From: a virus
Taxonomy: Duplodnaviria; Caudoviricetes
IMG/VR virus record: IMGVR_UViG_3300021963_000160
Span: 1-54,899 of that record
Length of the DNA: 54,899 bases
Direction: 5' to 3' (one strand)
A program made the position numbers and the translations under genes. The notes beneath the pieces were generated by a model. It saw only the letters and a program-made list of their open reading frames with translations. It was not told the origin of the DNA and did no database searches. Every line of letters begins with the position of its first letter. Within the stretch, counting starts at the first letter, position 1. Below, piece after piece: positions 46,813-54,899 of this stretch.

Positions 46813-47286
46813 TTACCAAAGAGCTAAAACTAATGTTGCTGTAGTATTTGTTGAAAGTATTTTTACGACTTGAACAGGAACAAATGATCCTGCCGAAAGC
46901 CCTGTAAATAAAACAGTATCTCCAGCAGCCGTCATTACATTTAGGTTTCCTGCTCCTCCTATATATAATACAGACCCTTCATTTGGGCTTTCTGCATCAT
47001 AAATAATATATGACTTTGATCCTGCCGTAAATATATTAGCATTAAGCGTAAGCGTAGTTTGGTTATCTACGGTTAATACTGTTGCTGCTGTGGAGTCTGT
47101 TATATTATAAACAATGTCCTGTGGCTTTACGTTTGAAGTTACAAATGTAGCAGCAGAGTTTATCAGCTTCAATGCAGTTGTAGAAGTATTTGTACCTGAT
47201 GTTACTACAGCAGGAAATGGAACATTAGCGTCATCTGACGGAATTACAGCTAAGGCTCTTGATGGTTGTAATTTTTGACTTGGCAT
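46813..47286 (-). CDS. Putative virion structural protein
   Basis: 157 aa; RALAVIPSD...VLYIGGAGNL.V..A.GD.V.F..L.AGSFVPVQV...LVALW with a central beta insert. Confidence 0.6.
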   Translation of the reverse strand: MPSQKLQPSRALAVIPSDDANVPFPAVVTSGTNTSTTALKLINSAATFVTSNVKPQDIVYNITDSTAATVLTVDNQTTLTLNANIFTAGSKSYIIYDAESPNEGSVLYIGGAGNLNVMTAAGDTVLFTGLSAGSFVPVQVVKILSTNTTATLVLALW

Positions 47287-47291
47287 GATTT

Positions 47292-47519
47292 CTATTTTTT
47301 ATAAGGGAAAATTTTGTTAAGTTTTTCTTTCCTTTCGGAGCACCCGCAATCTTTATTTAGGGTTTCTGATATTTTATCGACTACAAATTTAATTCCCGTT
47401 GCTTTTGTTATCTTTTCGATTGTATCCCCTAATCCTCCACTTGGAACAGCCCGTTTAACACCTGGTGCATAATACTGAAGTTTAGTACCTGACATTTTTT
47501 TCTTTAAATTTGCATACAA
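47292..47519 (-). CDS. Small CGC-motif phage protein
   Basis: GLGDTIEKITKATGIK.VVD......DCGCSERKEKLN..FPY; start uncertain. Confidence 0.6.
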   Translation of the reverse strand: MYANLKKKMSGTKLQYYAPGVKRAVPSGGLGDTIEKITKATGIKFVVDKISETLNKDCGCSERKEKLNKIFPYKK

Positions 47520-47544
47520 AAATAATTAAATTAAATTTAATATA

Positions 47545-48009
47545 ATGCAAATTAAAAATATGGATTACTTAAAATATTATCGGGTAATCAAATTGTTCTA
47601 CAGAATCAAGCATAAATTGACCGATGATAAGATAGATATGCTTATATTTTTATACTCAGAAGTTTATTTTACAAAGGATAAATGTAAGGAATATGAAACT
47701 TTGATGATGAGCAGAAGAGTTTTTTCGTCACTTCTTAGAGATGGTTGGATAAATAAGTTTAGATCGGGTATAGCATTTAAACGCAAAACACTATATTGTT
47801 TATCAATAAGGTCTAAAAATATGGTAAACTCGTTCTATATGAAATTGAACGGAGATGAAATACCTATCGACCCTGTAAATAATAGACTATTTAGAAGAGA
47901 TGTTGCACAAGTAAATGTAGCTTACAGAGATATGATAGTAAAAATGAATTACTACATAAAAGAAAAAAAGAAAAATAAAGATTTAAATTTGGGAGGTATT
48001 TATGATTAG
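47545..48009 (+). CDS. Putative winged-helix regulator
   Basis: DYLKYYRVI...IDMLIFLYSE..FT...FSSLLRDGWI..FR...LYCLS; sole plus-strand gene in this region. Confidence 0.5.
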   Translation: MQIKNMDYLKYYRVIKLFYRIKHKLTDDKIDMLIFLYSEVYFTKDKCKEYETLMMSRRVFSSLLRDGWINKFRSGIAFKRKTLYCLSIRSKNMVNSFYMKLNGDEIPIDPVNNRLFRRDVAQVNVAYRDMIVKMNYYIKEKKKNKDLNLGGIYD

Positions 48010-48263
48010 AACACTCCAACCACTTCGCGCAATTGTATTATAGTAACGCTTAGTTTATTTATTGTCATTGTAAAACTATTTGTTCTGTCATACAAAATAA
48101 CATCACCTGACTTTACAGTTTCAACCTCATCACCAACTGCGATAACCTTCCCTTTGTAGTATCTAGATTTAGTTGAGTCATCCGCCGATAAAAGCATACC
48201 TGATGACGTTTCTTCGTTTTCAATAATGGTTTCTAGTGTTATGTACTTAGCTATTGGTTTCAT
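48006..48263 (-). CDS. groES: Co-chaperonin GroES
   Basis: MKPIAKYI...TSSGMLL...KGKVIAVG..V..VKSGDVILY. Confidence 0.9.
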   Translation of the reverse strand: MKPIAKYITLETIIENEETSSGMLLSADDSTKSRYYKGKVIAVGDEVETVKSGDVILYDRTNSFTMTINKLSVTIIQLREVVGVF

Positions 48264-49834
48264 GCTCTTTGAATGTTTATAGATGCGTTTGTACTTAAGA
48301 TTGTAATTGCTACCGATATGGCGTTCTGTAATGCTACTCTTGTTACTTTAAATGGGTCTATCACGCCCATGTCCATTAGATTACCGTATTTACCAGTTTT
48401 AAGATTATACCCTTCGCCTTTAGACATAGAACTACCGTATATAGATACAGCATCAAGGTCGGCATTTTTTAGTATTTGCATTAAAGGAACTTTAATAGCA
48501 TTCATAATAATATCGTGGGCACAAATATATTCAGATGTACCGTTTAAATCCACAGGGACAGAAACTTCCCATAACGCCTTCCCTGCTCCGCTTATAATAC
48601 CTTCTTCTATTGCAGACTTAACGGCCAATACCGCATCTTCAACCCGGTCAAATAATTCTTTCTGCTCCATGTCGGTATTCCCTCCAACGTAGATTATCCC
48701 AATACCACCTATCAATGAGGCTATTCTTTCGTTTATGAAGTCTTTTTTGTGTTTCTTATCTGCAAGGTCATAAGCAGTTCTTAATTGCGATACTCTTGCG
48801 TCAAGCAGCTCTTTGTCTCCGCCGCCTTCAAGTATTACGGTTTTGTTAGCACCTACAATAACCTTTTTTGCGTATCCTAAACTCTCAAAAGTAACTACAC
48901 TTAGATTGTCTCCTGTTTGTTCAGAGAAATATGTAGCACCTACCGAAAGGGCTATATCTTGCATAAGGTCATTCTGCTTAACCCCAAAATTAGGAGGCTG
49001 TATTACACACGCATTAATTCTCCCTGTTTTCACATTTGCCGCAAACGTATTTATGACGTTAGTGGTACAAGGGGATATTACTAAAAATCTCCTGCCTGCA
49101 TCTATCACCTCGCCTATGACTTTGTTTAATTGCTGAAAGTTGGCTATCTCTGTATCGCAAACTAAGATTGATACATTTTCCATTATGCACTCTTCCTTGC
49201 CCCAATCATTTATAAATGATGGCGAACTGTAACCTCGCGCCACCATCAATCCATTAATTATATCAGAACGGGTTTCACTGTCGTATCCTTTCTCGATTGT
49301 GATAATACCATCGTTTCCTACACTCTTATAGGCATCGGCAATTATCTTGCCTATTTCGGGGTCATTATTGGCTGAAATAGTAGCTACATCTAAAATGATT
49401 TTATCAGTACACTGAATGGCATCTTGTTTTAAGGTATTGATAACTTCCTCGGAAATATCAGACATGAATTTTAAAACATTTGTCCTATTTAATTCGGGAG
49501 TTATTTTATCAATAGCTTCCAATATCAACGCTTCGGAAAGTACAATAGCGGTACTTGTTCCATCGCCGGCTAATGATGCGGTTTTTTCTGCTGCTTCTTT
49601 TACAATACGAACCGCCATGTTTTCAACAGGATTAGGCAACTCTATTGAGCGTGCTACTGTTACACCGTCCTTTGTTACAGTTAGGCCGTGTGTTTGATGT
49701 ACTGTTTCAATAAGTACAGTTCTACCGTATGGACCTAATGTACTTTTTACTGCTGAACTTAATTTTTTAATTCCTTCAACCAAGGAATCACGGCAATCGT
49801 CACCGAATAGCAAATCTTTTGTTAGAACTTCCAT
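48260..49834 (-). CDS. groEL: Chaperonin GroEL
   Basis: VKSTLGPYGRTV, VTKDGVTVA, AGDGTSTA, VATISANND, RVEDAVLAVKSAIEEGI, GVIDPFKVTRVALQNA; lacks the GGM tail. Confidence 0.95.
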   Translation of the reverse strand: MEVLTKDLLFGDDCRDSLVEGIKKLSSAVKSTLGPYGRTVLIETVHQTHGLTVTKDGVTVARSIELPNPVENMAVRIVKEAAEKTASLAGDGTSTAIVLSEALILEAIDKITPELNRTNVLKFMSDISEEVINTLKQDAIQCTDKIILDVATISANNDPEIGKIIADAYKSVGNDGIITIEKGYDSETRSDIINGLMVARGYSSPSFINDWGKEECIMENVSILVCDTEIANFQQLNKVIGEVIDAGRRFLVISPCTTNVINTFAANVKTGRINACVIQPPNFGVKQNDLMQDIALSVGATYFSEQTGDNLSVVTFESLGYAKKVIVGANKTVILEGGGDKELLDARVSQLRTAYDLADKKHKKDFINERIASLIGGIGIIYVGGNTDMEQKELFDRVEDAVLAVKSAIEEGIISGAGKALWEVSVPVDLNGTSEYICAHDIIMNAIKVPLMQILKNADLDAVSIYGSSMSKGEGYNLKTGKYGNLMDMGVIDPFKVTRVALQNAISVAITILSTNASINIQRA

Positions 49835-49859
49835 TAAATTTAATTTTATTGAATTTTGA

Positions 49860-50627
49860 TTATGCAAAAATACCCAAAAGATTTAATATTTCTTCTGGTG
49901 TATATTTTATTTCAGGCTTACCATAATGGTTAATTTCTTTTATTTCTCCCGATTTTAGTTTTTCTATTATTTCCAGCATGTCCATTTTTAATTTTACATC
50001 TCGGTTTATATGCGTAGATAAGAATTTTTTACCCCTATATAAAGTAGGAGGTCCCCATTTATTATCAAAATCATTTTTTAAGTGAATAACAAAGTATTGG
50101 TATTCATTCACAGAAAAACGTGTAAGCATCATAGGTGTATCCAAATCAGAATTGGAAGCATCTATTACTTCTATTGGTTCTGATGTGTAGTAGCGCTCTT
50201 TAAATCGTTCGTGGATTTTATCGTTTACGCCAAGTATTTTCTCTTCTCCAGTTATCCCGTGTTTATCTACCAGAATCTTGTTTCCTATATTAAAACTTCG
50301 GCAAAGCCCATTGACGGTTGTATGTTTAGATATGTAATGAAATGTATTTACGGTGCGTATTATTTTTTCTCCATCAAATTCATATCTTTCTTCGGGTTCT
50401 CTATACCAATAATTGATATCATACCAACTTACATCAACATATCTTTTTAATCCTGCGCTTCTAAGACATTGGCTAAAAGCATATACTTTAGCTCCAGCTA
50501 CAATTACTTTAGGTTTTTTGGGGCCTATTGCCTTGCCTCTACCAAATTCCTTAGTTTTGCTGAAGCGTTTTTTTGACCGCCATACTTTTTTGCCTTTAAA
50601 ATTAAGTTCACCCCTTACTCTTGGCAT
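49860..50627 (-). CDS. Hypothetical protein with basic N-terminus
   Basis: 255 aa ORF in operon orientation. Confidence 0.6.
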   Translation of the reverse strand: MPRVRGELNFKGKKVWRSKKRFSKTKEFGRGKAIGPKKPKVIVAGAKVYAFSQCLRSAGLKRYVDVSWYDINYWYREPEERYEFDGEKIIRTVNTFHYISKHTTVNGLCRSFNIGNKILVDKHGITGEEKILGVNDKIHERFKERYYTSEPIEVIDASNSDLDTPMMLTRFSVNEYQYFVIHLKNDFDNKWGPPTLYRGKKFLSTHINRDVKLKMDMLEIIEKLKSGEIKEINHYGKPEIKYTPEEILNLLGIFA

Positions 50628-50628
50628 A

Positions 50629-53600
50629 TTATAATCCCTTTACTTCTTGAACTTCTTTTAATTCTTTTAATTCTTTTAGTTCTTTTATTGGACGGATAGA
50701 TAAAGGTTTTGTTTTTTTATCATATACGTTTACTCCACCACCAAAAAAAGCATAAAACATTAATAGTCCGTCTAGTGCTGTGGGGTCATCTTTCAATAAT
50801 TCTTTAACGGTATCCCAATAGATTGGATAAGAATTTTTCTTTAATTCTTCGGTAATACTATATGGATTTCCCCATTGATCCACGGTTACTCCATTTTTCT
50901 CGTGTGTAGTTAGGAATTTTTGAATCATAGATGCAGATGGCGCAAGTTTATTAACAGCTTGGTCTCCTATTAATCCTAGTCTAGTAGGTGCTCTATAGGG
51001 CGTTCCAAGCTTAACCACTTCACCGCTGCCATTTTTTATTGAACCTGCTATTATTCTTGCAAGGAATACTATTTGTTGTATCCTTCCACCCCAAGGGTCA
51101 ACTCGTGTGTTACCTATTTTAATTTTACCAAAATCAGAACTTGTAGGGTCGGTTTCAACTCCTGTTTCATCATCATCGTCATCGCTGTAATACATTGCCG
51201 CAGCAGTAACTAATCCCATTGTTAATCCTATAAATTTAGAATAATCTAACAGTGCTATTTTATTTGCTATTGAAACACCTGGAGTACCTGATTTATTTCT
51301 CCATTTATATAATTGTCTTGGGAATAAAATAGTTTGTTTTAATGCACTTGCCCAGTTTCTAGGAGAAAAGAATACCCTAGTTAATGTTGGTGCTATTTGT
51401 TCTAACGGACCTAAAGATGCTCTGCCTGTAAAAGTATTAACAACATCTGCTAAGTCTTTAAATGCTTGCGGGTCGTTCTCAAATCTAATACCCCTTTCGT
51501 GTAGCATTTCTCTTCCGTTTAAAAACTTTAATACCCTCATTGTATCAAGGTACCCAACTGCCGCTCTTTCAAATGCCTTGAATGGACTTGCGTTTTTCCA
51601 TTTATCAAATGCGGATTTACTTTTAAGTTTTAATGCTGAACCTAAAATATTCCAAACAAAGTTTGCTGCATCCGACAAAAATAACTCTTCTCTTGCAGTA
51701 GCCTCTCCTCGTGGTTCCGAAATAGAGAGTTTGCTTTGTCTCATCTCTGGATACCACTCTTGAGACTTAATCATATTTAGCCAATTTTCTGTCTTAGATT
51801 CACTACCAAAAAACTTCATAGCAGTCGCAAATGATTTTAATGCGTATGTAGGATTAGATATTGATAGCACTAAGCCTTGTATTCCCACAAATGAAAATTC
51901 ACCGGTTGCTCTTAATAACCTTGTCAATCCCCATGCGTTCCATAAGGCGTCTATTGTTTTTTCGGCTTTGGTTCTATTGTTTAATTTAGCTTTATAAATT
52001 TCTTTGTCGTATTCTTCGCGCAACCTTAATTTTTCGGCTTGCAGATTCAATAACTCAGAATCTTTTATTAATGGAGATTTCTCTTTTTTACTAAAATCTT
52101 TTTCTTTTAATCTTCTTCTTAAATCATTGATAGCACGTTGACTTGCTTTTTTAGTTGCATCTAATCTTTTTGCCTGTAAAAAAGACTCATCCTTAAATAT
52201 CTCATCGTGCTTGATTTTAAGTTTATCTCTTTGTTCTTTTAGATTAGTTAATTCAGCATCTTCAGCCATAGACCTTTTACTTAGCGGAACTCTCATTCCT
52301 TTGTCTATTTCTCTTTGCAAGTCCTCTATCTGATTGGTGATTCTTTGCTTTGTGGCATCAAGAGCTGTTTTTTGTTGCTTAGCTTCTAATTCTGCATCTA
52401 TAGGAAGCTCTTTCATTAACTCCCTTAATTCTTTATTTAATGCTCTTTCTTGAGCATCTAGCTTATCTCGCTGTAATCCGCTCCTTAGTGGGCGTTTCTT
52501 GTTATTTACATCTTCAAGTGCTGAAACAATTCTACCAATACGTTTTATTTTTCTAATTGATGCGAGTATTTCATCTTTACTTAAATTTTTTATTTTTCCG
52601 TATTGTGTTATAGCGTCTCGGATTTCCCTATCAGTAATATCAGGATACTCTTCTTTTATTATATCTTTAACTCCCTCAACTACCTCTTCTATAGTAGTAG
52701 CGCCTTCTTCTACCAATCTCCTTATAAGCCCACTTGGTATCTTAATGCCTACGCCTGGTATTGCTTCTTTATTAACCCAAAACTCTGAAAATTGCTTTTC
52801 TGCTTCTTTCTTATCTGAATCAGACAAAGACTTGTACCAATCACTTTTTACAATATGCTCTAATCCTTTAGCTATAGCCTCGGCACTTCTACCTGTTACT
52901 TTAATTGTACCCGCAACTATCTTGACAGCGCCATCCCAAACCAATGATGCAGGTGTGGCTGATAAGAACATACCGGGTCGATTCAACTGAGCTTCCTTTA
53001 CTCTTGATACTATCCAATCTGTTTCTGTTCTTATTTTACTTGATACAGTAGCCTTTTGTTTAGGTGTTCGTGCTGCGGCCTCTTGAATATTTTTTATTGC
53101 TAATTCACCTTCGGCTTTAATAGCACGTTCTTCTGCTTCTGCAAGTTTTTGTTTTACTTCTTTATATTGAGCATCAAGTTCTCTGAATTTCTCTTCTACC
53201 TCTTCGGATATTTGACCATTATTTGCGTCTCTGTATTCTTTAATTTTATTTTCTACATTGTATCCAATATCTGAATTTTGATATATATCTGCCAATGCTG
53301 ACGAAAAACGACCTCCACTTAATGCTTTCCTGCTAAATTCATTAAATAATCCAGCTTGTTCTTTTTCTAATTCAGCTAACTTAGTAGGGTCTTTTTCTTT
53401 AGATATTTTTCTATCTAATCTTTCAAGTATTTCGTTCCAAACATATGCACCTGCGGCATCTGAAACGTCATTATTTCTAACGGCCTCTAATGCTGTTTCT
53501 ACACCTACGGTATTTACAAATTCAATTGCTCTTTCTTTGGCTTCTTGTTGGTTTTCTACATCTCTTGTTAGACCTAGTTTTTCAAGTTCACGTTTTACCC

Positions 53601-54897
53601 CTGCTCTAACATTTCCTTCATATACTCTTGAAGTTGCTATTGTTTTCTTAACCTCTTCTGTGGTTTCATCTATAACGGTAGTAACTTTTTTGTATATTTT
53701 GTCAAACTGAGTAACTGCTAACTTTTCATTCAAATCAACACCAGGCAATTCGTCTTTAAACCTTTCAATAAATTCTTTTGCAGTAAGAATACCATCGGCA
53801 ATGTATGATTTAATCAATTCTACGAACTCAGGTAAGGCTTGGAATCCTCCTGATGACATATTCTTTGACTTTTCAATAAATGCTTTCTTGGCGGCCTCTA
53901 TTCGTTGTTTAGATTGTTCTTTTGGTGTTAATCCTTTAAATAATGGTATTCCACTTTCAACTGACTCTTTTAATTCGGGTGTTATGTCTATTGAGTGTTG
54001 TGTTGAAGTTTTACGCTTTGCAATTTCTGCATCATACTTCAGTTTTTGTTCTCTTAGATATGCTAATGCCTCTTGCTTTTGCTCTGCATCAAAGACCTTA
54101 CCTTCCCCTTCAAATGGTGAGGAAACTCCAATTCTGCCATCACCACTTTTAGAAATTGACGGAGGTGTATCTAAATTTACTTTACTATCGCTAATTTCAA
54201 TATTCACCGTTCCCACCTCTTGCTTAGTCAAACTCTTGGCTACACTACCTACTATGCCTAATTGATTTTCTGTTGGTGAACCGTAAAATCCTTTCATGCC
54301 TGTTCCCCCAACTTTTAAATCTACACCGCTAAAAGAGTTCCAAACATCATCTTTATTAACACCTTCATATTCTTTTTTAGCTTCCGTCATAAGAGTAAAA
54401 TACTTCTTACTTTCTGCTGAATTTTCATTATTAGGATGCCTTAAATAACTTTCTAAAGTTCTTACCTCTGCTTTCCCGTAGCTGTCTTGCAGTTCATTTT
54501 GAAAGTCTTGAAACTCCTTTATAGCCCCTTTTCTAAACGAAATTTCTTCATTGTGTTCATCGCTTATTTTTTTAGCTAAGTCTTTACCAACAAATTCTTC
54601 AAGTTTATTTTCAGGTACATTGTTTTGTTCAAATGCACTATTGCCATCTTTATATCCTATAATAGTATAAGTACCGTCAGGATATTTTTTTGTTGAAATT
54701 TCATCAACCTGCTTACTTAAATCGTATCTATCATTCTGTTGCTCGCCTGTTGTCCAAGCAATCTTATCAGCACCTTGTTTTACTGCTTCTTTTAATGCGA
54801 CCTTCAATGCGAGCTTAGTCCATGCGTTTGTGTCGGTTACGAATGGGGCTGATGGTGGTACTGTCTTATCATTAAAAACATCTCCCTCTTCATATAC
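50629..54897 (-). CDS. Giant internal virion/ejection-type (polyvalent-like) protein, 5'-truncated by the window
   Basis: Frame stays open beyond the TTG at 54807 to the window edge (..PSAPFVTDTNAWTKLALKVALKEAV..); long helical/coiled-coil body; DPTSSDFGKIKIGNTRVDPWGG near the C-terminus. Confidence 0.65.
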   Translation of the reverse strand, partial: VYEEGDVFNDKTVPPSAPFVTDTNAWTKLALKVALKEAVKQGADKIAWTTGEQQNDRYDLSKQVDEISTKKYPDGTYTIIGYKDGNSAFEQNNVPENKLEEFVGKDLAKKISDEHNEEISFRKGAIKEFQDFQNELQDSYGKAEVRTLESYLRHPNNENSAESKKYFTLMTEAKKEYEGVNKDDVWNSFSGVDLKVGGTGMKGFYGSPTENQLGIVGSVAKSLTKQEVGTVNIEISDSKVNLDTPPSISKSGDGRIGVSSPFEGEGKVFDAEQKQEALAYLREQKLKYDAEIAKRKTSTQHSIDITPELKESVESGIPLFKGLTPKEQSKQRIEAAKKAFIEKSKNMSSGGFQALPEFVELIKSYIADGILTAKEFIERFKDELPGVDLNEKLAVTQFDKIYKKVTTVIDETTEEVKKTIATSRVYEGNVRAGVKRELEKLGLTRDVENQQEAKERAIEFVNTVGVETALEAVRNNDVSDAAGAYVWNEILERLDRKISKEKDPTKLAELEKEQAGLFNEFSRKALSGGRFSSALADIYQNSDIGYNVENKIKEYRDANNGQISEEVEEKFRELDAQYKEVKQKLAEAEERAIKAEGELAIKNIQEAAARTPKQKATVSSKIRTETDWIVSRVKEAQLNRPGMFLSATPASLVWDGAVKIVAGTIKVTGRSAEAIAKGLEHIVKSDWYKSLSDSDKKEAEKQFSEFWVNKEAIPGVGIKIPSGLIRRLVEEGATTIEEVVEGVKDIIKEEYPDITDREIRDAITQYGKIKNLSKDEILASIRKIKRIGRIVSALEDVNNKKRPLRSGLQRDKLDAQERALNKELRELMKELPIDAELEAKQQKTALDATKQRITNQIEDLQREIDKGMRVPLSKRSMAEDAELTNLKEQRDKLKIKHDEIFKDESFLQAKRLDATKKASQRAINDLRRRLKEKDFSKKEKSPLIKDSELLNLQAEKLRLREEYDKEIYKAKLNNRTKAEKTIDALWNAWGLTRLLRATGEFSFVGIQGLVLSISNPTYALKSFATAMKFFGSESKTENWLNMIKSQEWYPEMRQSKLSISEPRGEATAREELFLSDAANFVWNILGSALKLKSKSAFDKWKNASPFKAFERAAVGYLDTMRVLKFLNGREMLHERGIRFENDPQAFKDLADVVNTFTGRASLGPLEQIAPTLTRVFFSPRNWASALKQTILFPRQLYKWRNKSGTPGVSIANKIALLDYSKFIGLTMGLVTAAAMYYSDDDDDETGVETDPTSSDFGKIKIGNTRVDPWGGRIQQIVFLARIIAGSIKNGSGEVVKLGTPYRAPTRLGLIGDQAVNKLAPSASMIQKFLTTHEKNGVTVDQWGNPYSITEELKKNSYPIYWDTVKELLKDDPTALDGLLMFYAFFGGGVNVYDKKTKPLSIRPIKELKELKELKEVQEVKGL

Positions 54898-54899
54898 AT

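Noticed and set aside
1-54899. Stop-codon reassignment as in some crAss-like phages
   Set aside because: Long genes are intact in the standard code, and TAA, TAG (e.g. 29360) and TGA (e.g. 41006) all end genes at sensible boundaries
1-54899. tRNA or rRNA genes
   Set aside because: No cloverleaf or T-loop GTTC(G/A)A context recognised in intergenic regions by eye; tRNAscan-SE was not run

Overview
This AT-rich window is a large part of a tailed dsDNA phage genome, most likely a podovirus-type phage of a Bacteroidota host. The host call rests on repeated TAnnTTTG promoter boxes and Bacteroidota-phage-style genes. From memory (no search run), the head/tail proteins plus GroEL/GroES recall Cellulophaga phi38:1-like and environmental flavobacterial phages. 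Layout: a morphogenesis module on the minus strand (1-17.2 kb: tail nozzle and ring proteins, MCP, scaffold, portal, terminase); a glycan-modification cluster (17.7-22.5 kb: three GT-A proteins, a methyltransferase, an AsnB-type amidotransferase, a hexapeptide acyltransferase); a ~1 kb non-coding region where strand skew inverts; early genes with an amidoligase/GATase pair; a replication module (initiator, DnaB, NinG, PAPS-reductase-like, SSB-like, SMC-like ATPase); and, on the minus strand, small basic proteins, lysis genes, a tail fibre, GroES/GroEL and a 5'-truncated giant protein. The most unusual signal is at 29752-32234: eight abutting, strictly alternating inverted-repeat-bounded units (A type TAAC...TGTTA, B type GTTATA...TATAAC). 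Their arms differ in sequence but keep pairing and position-conserved G.T mismatches. Genes sit inside both unit types, including two Mom-like DNA-modification genes that each have a second, nested set of repeats. It resembles a non-canonical integron-like cassette array, with no recombinase visible in the window. All functional calls come from motif recognition by eye.
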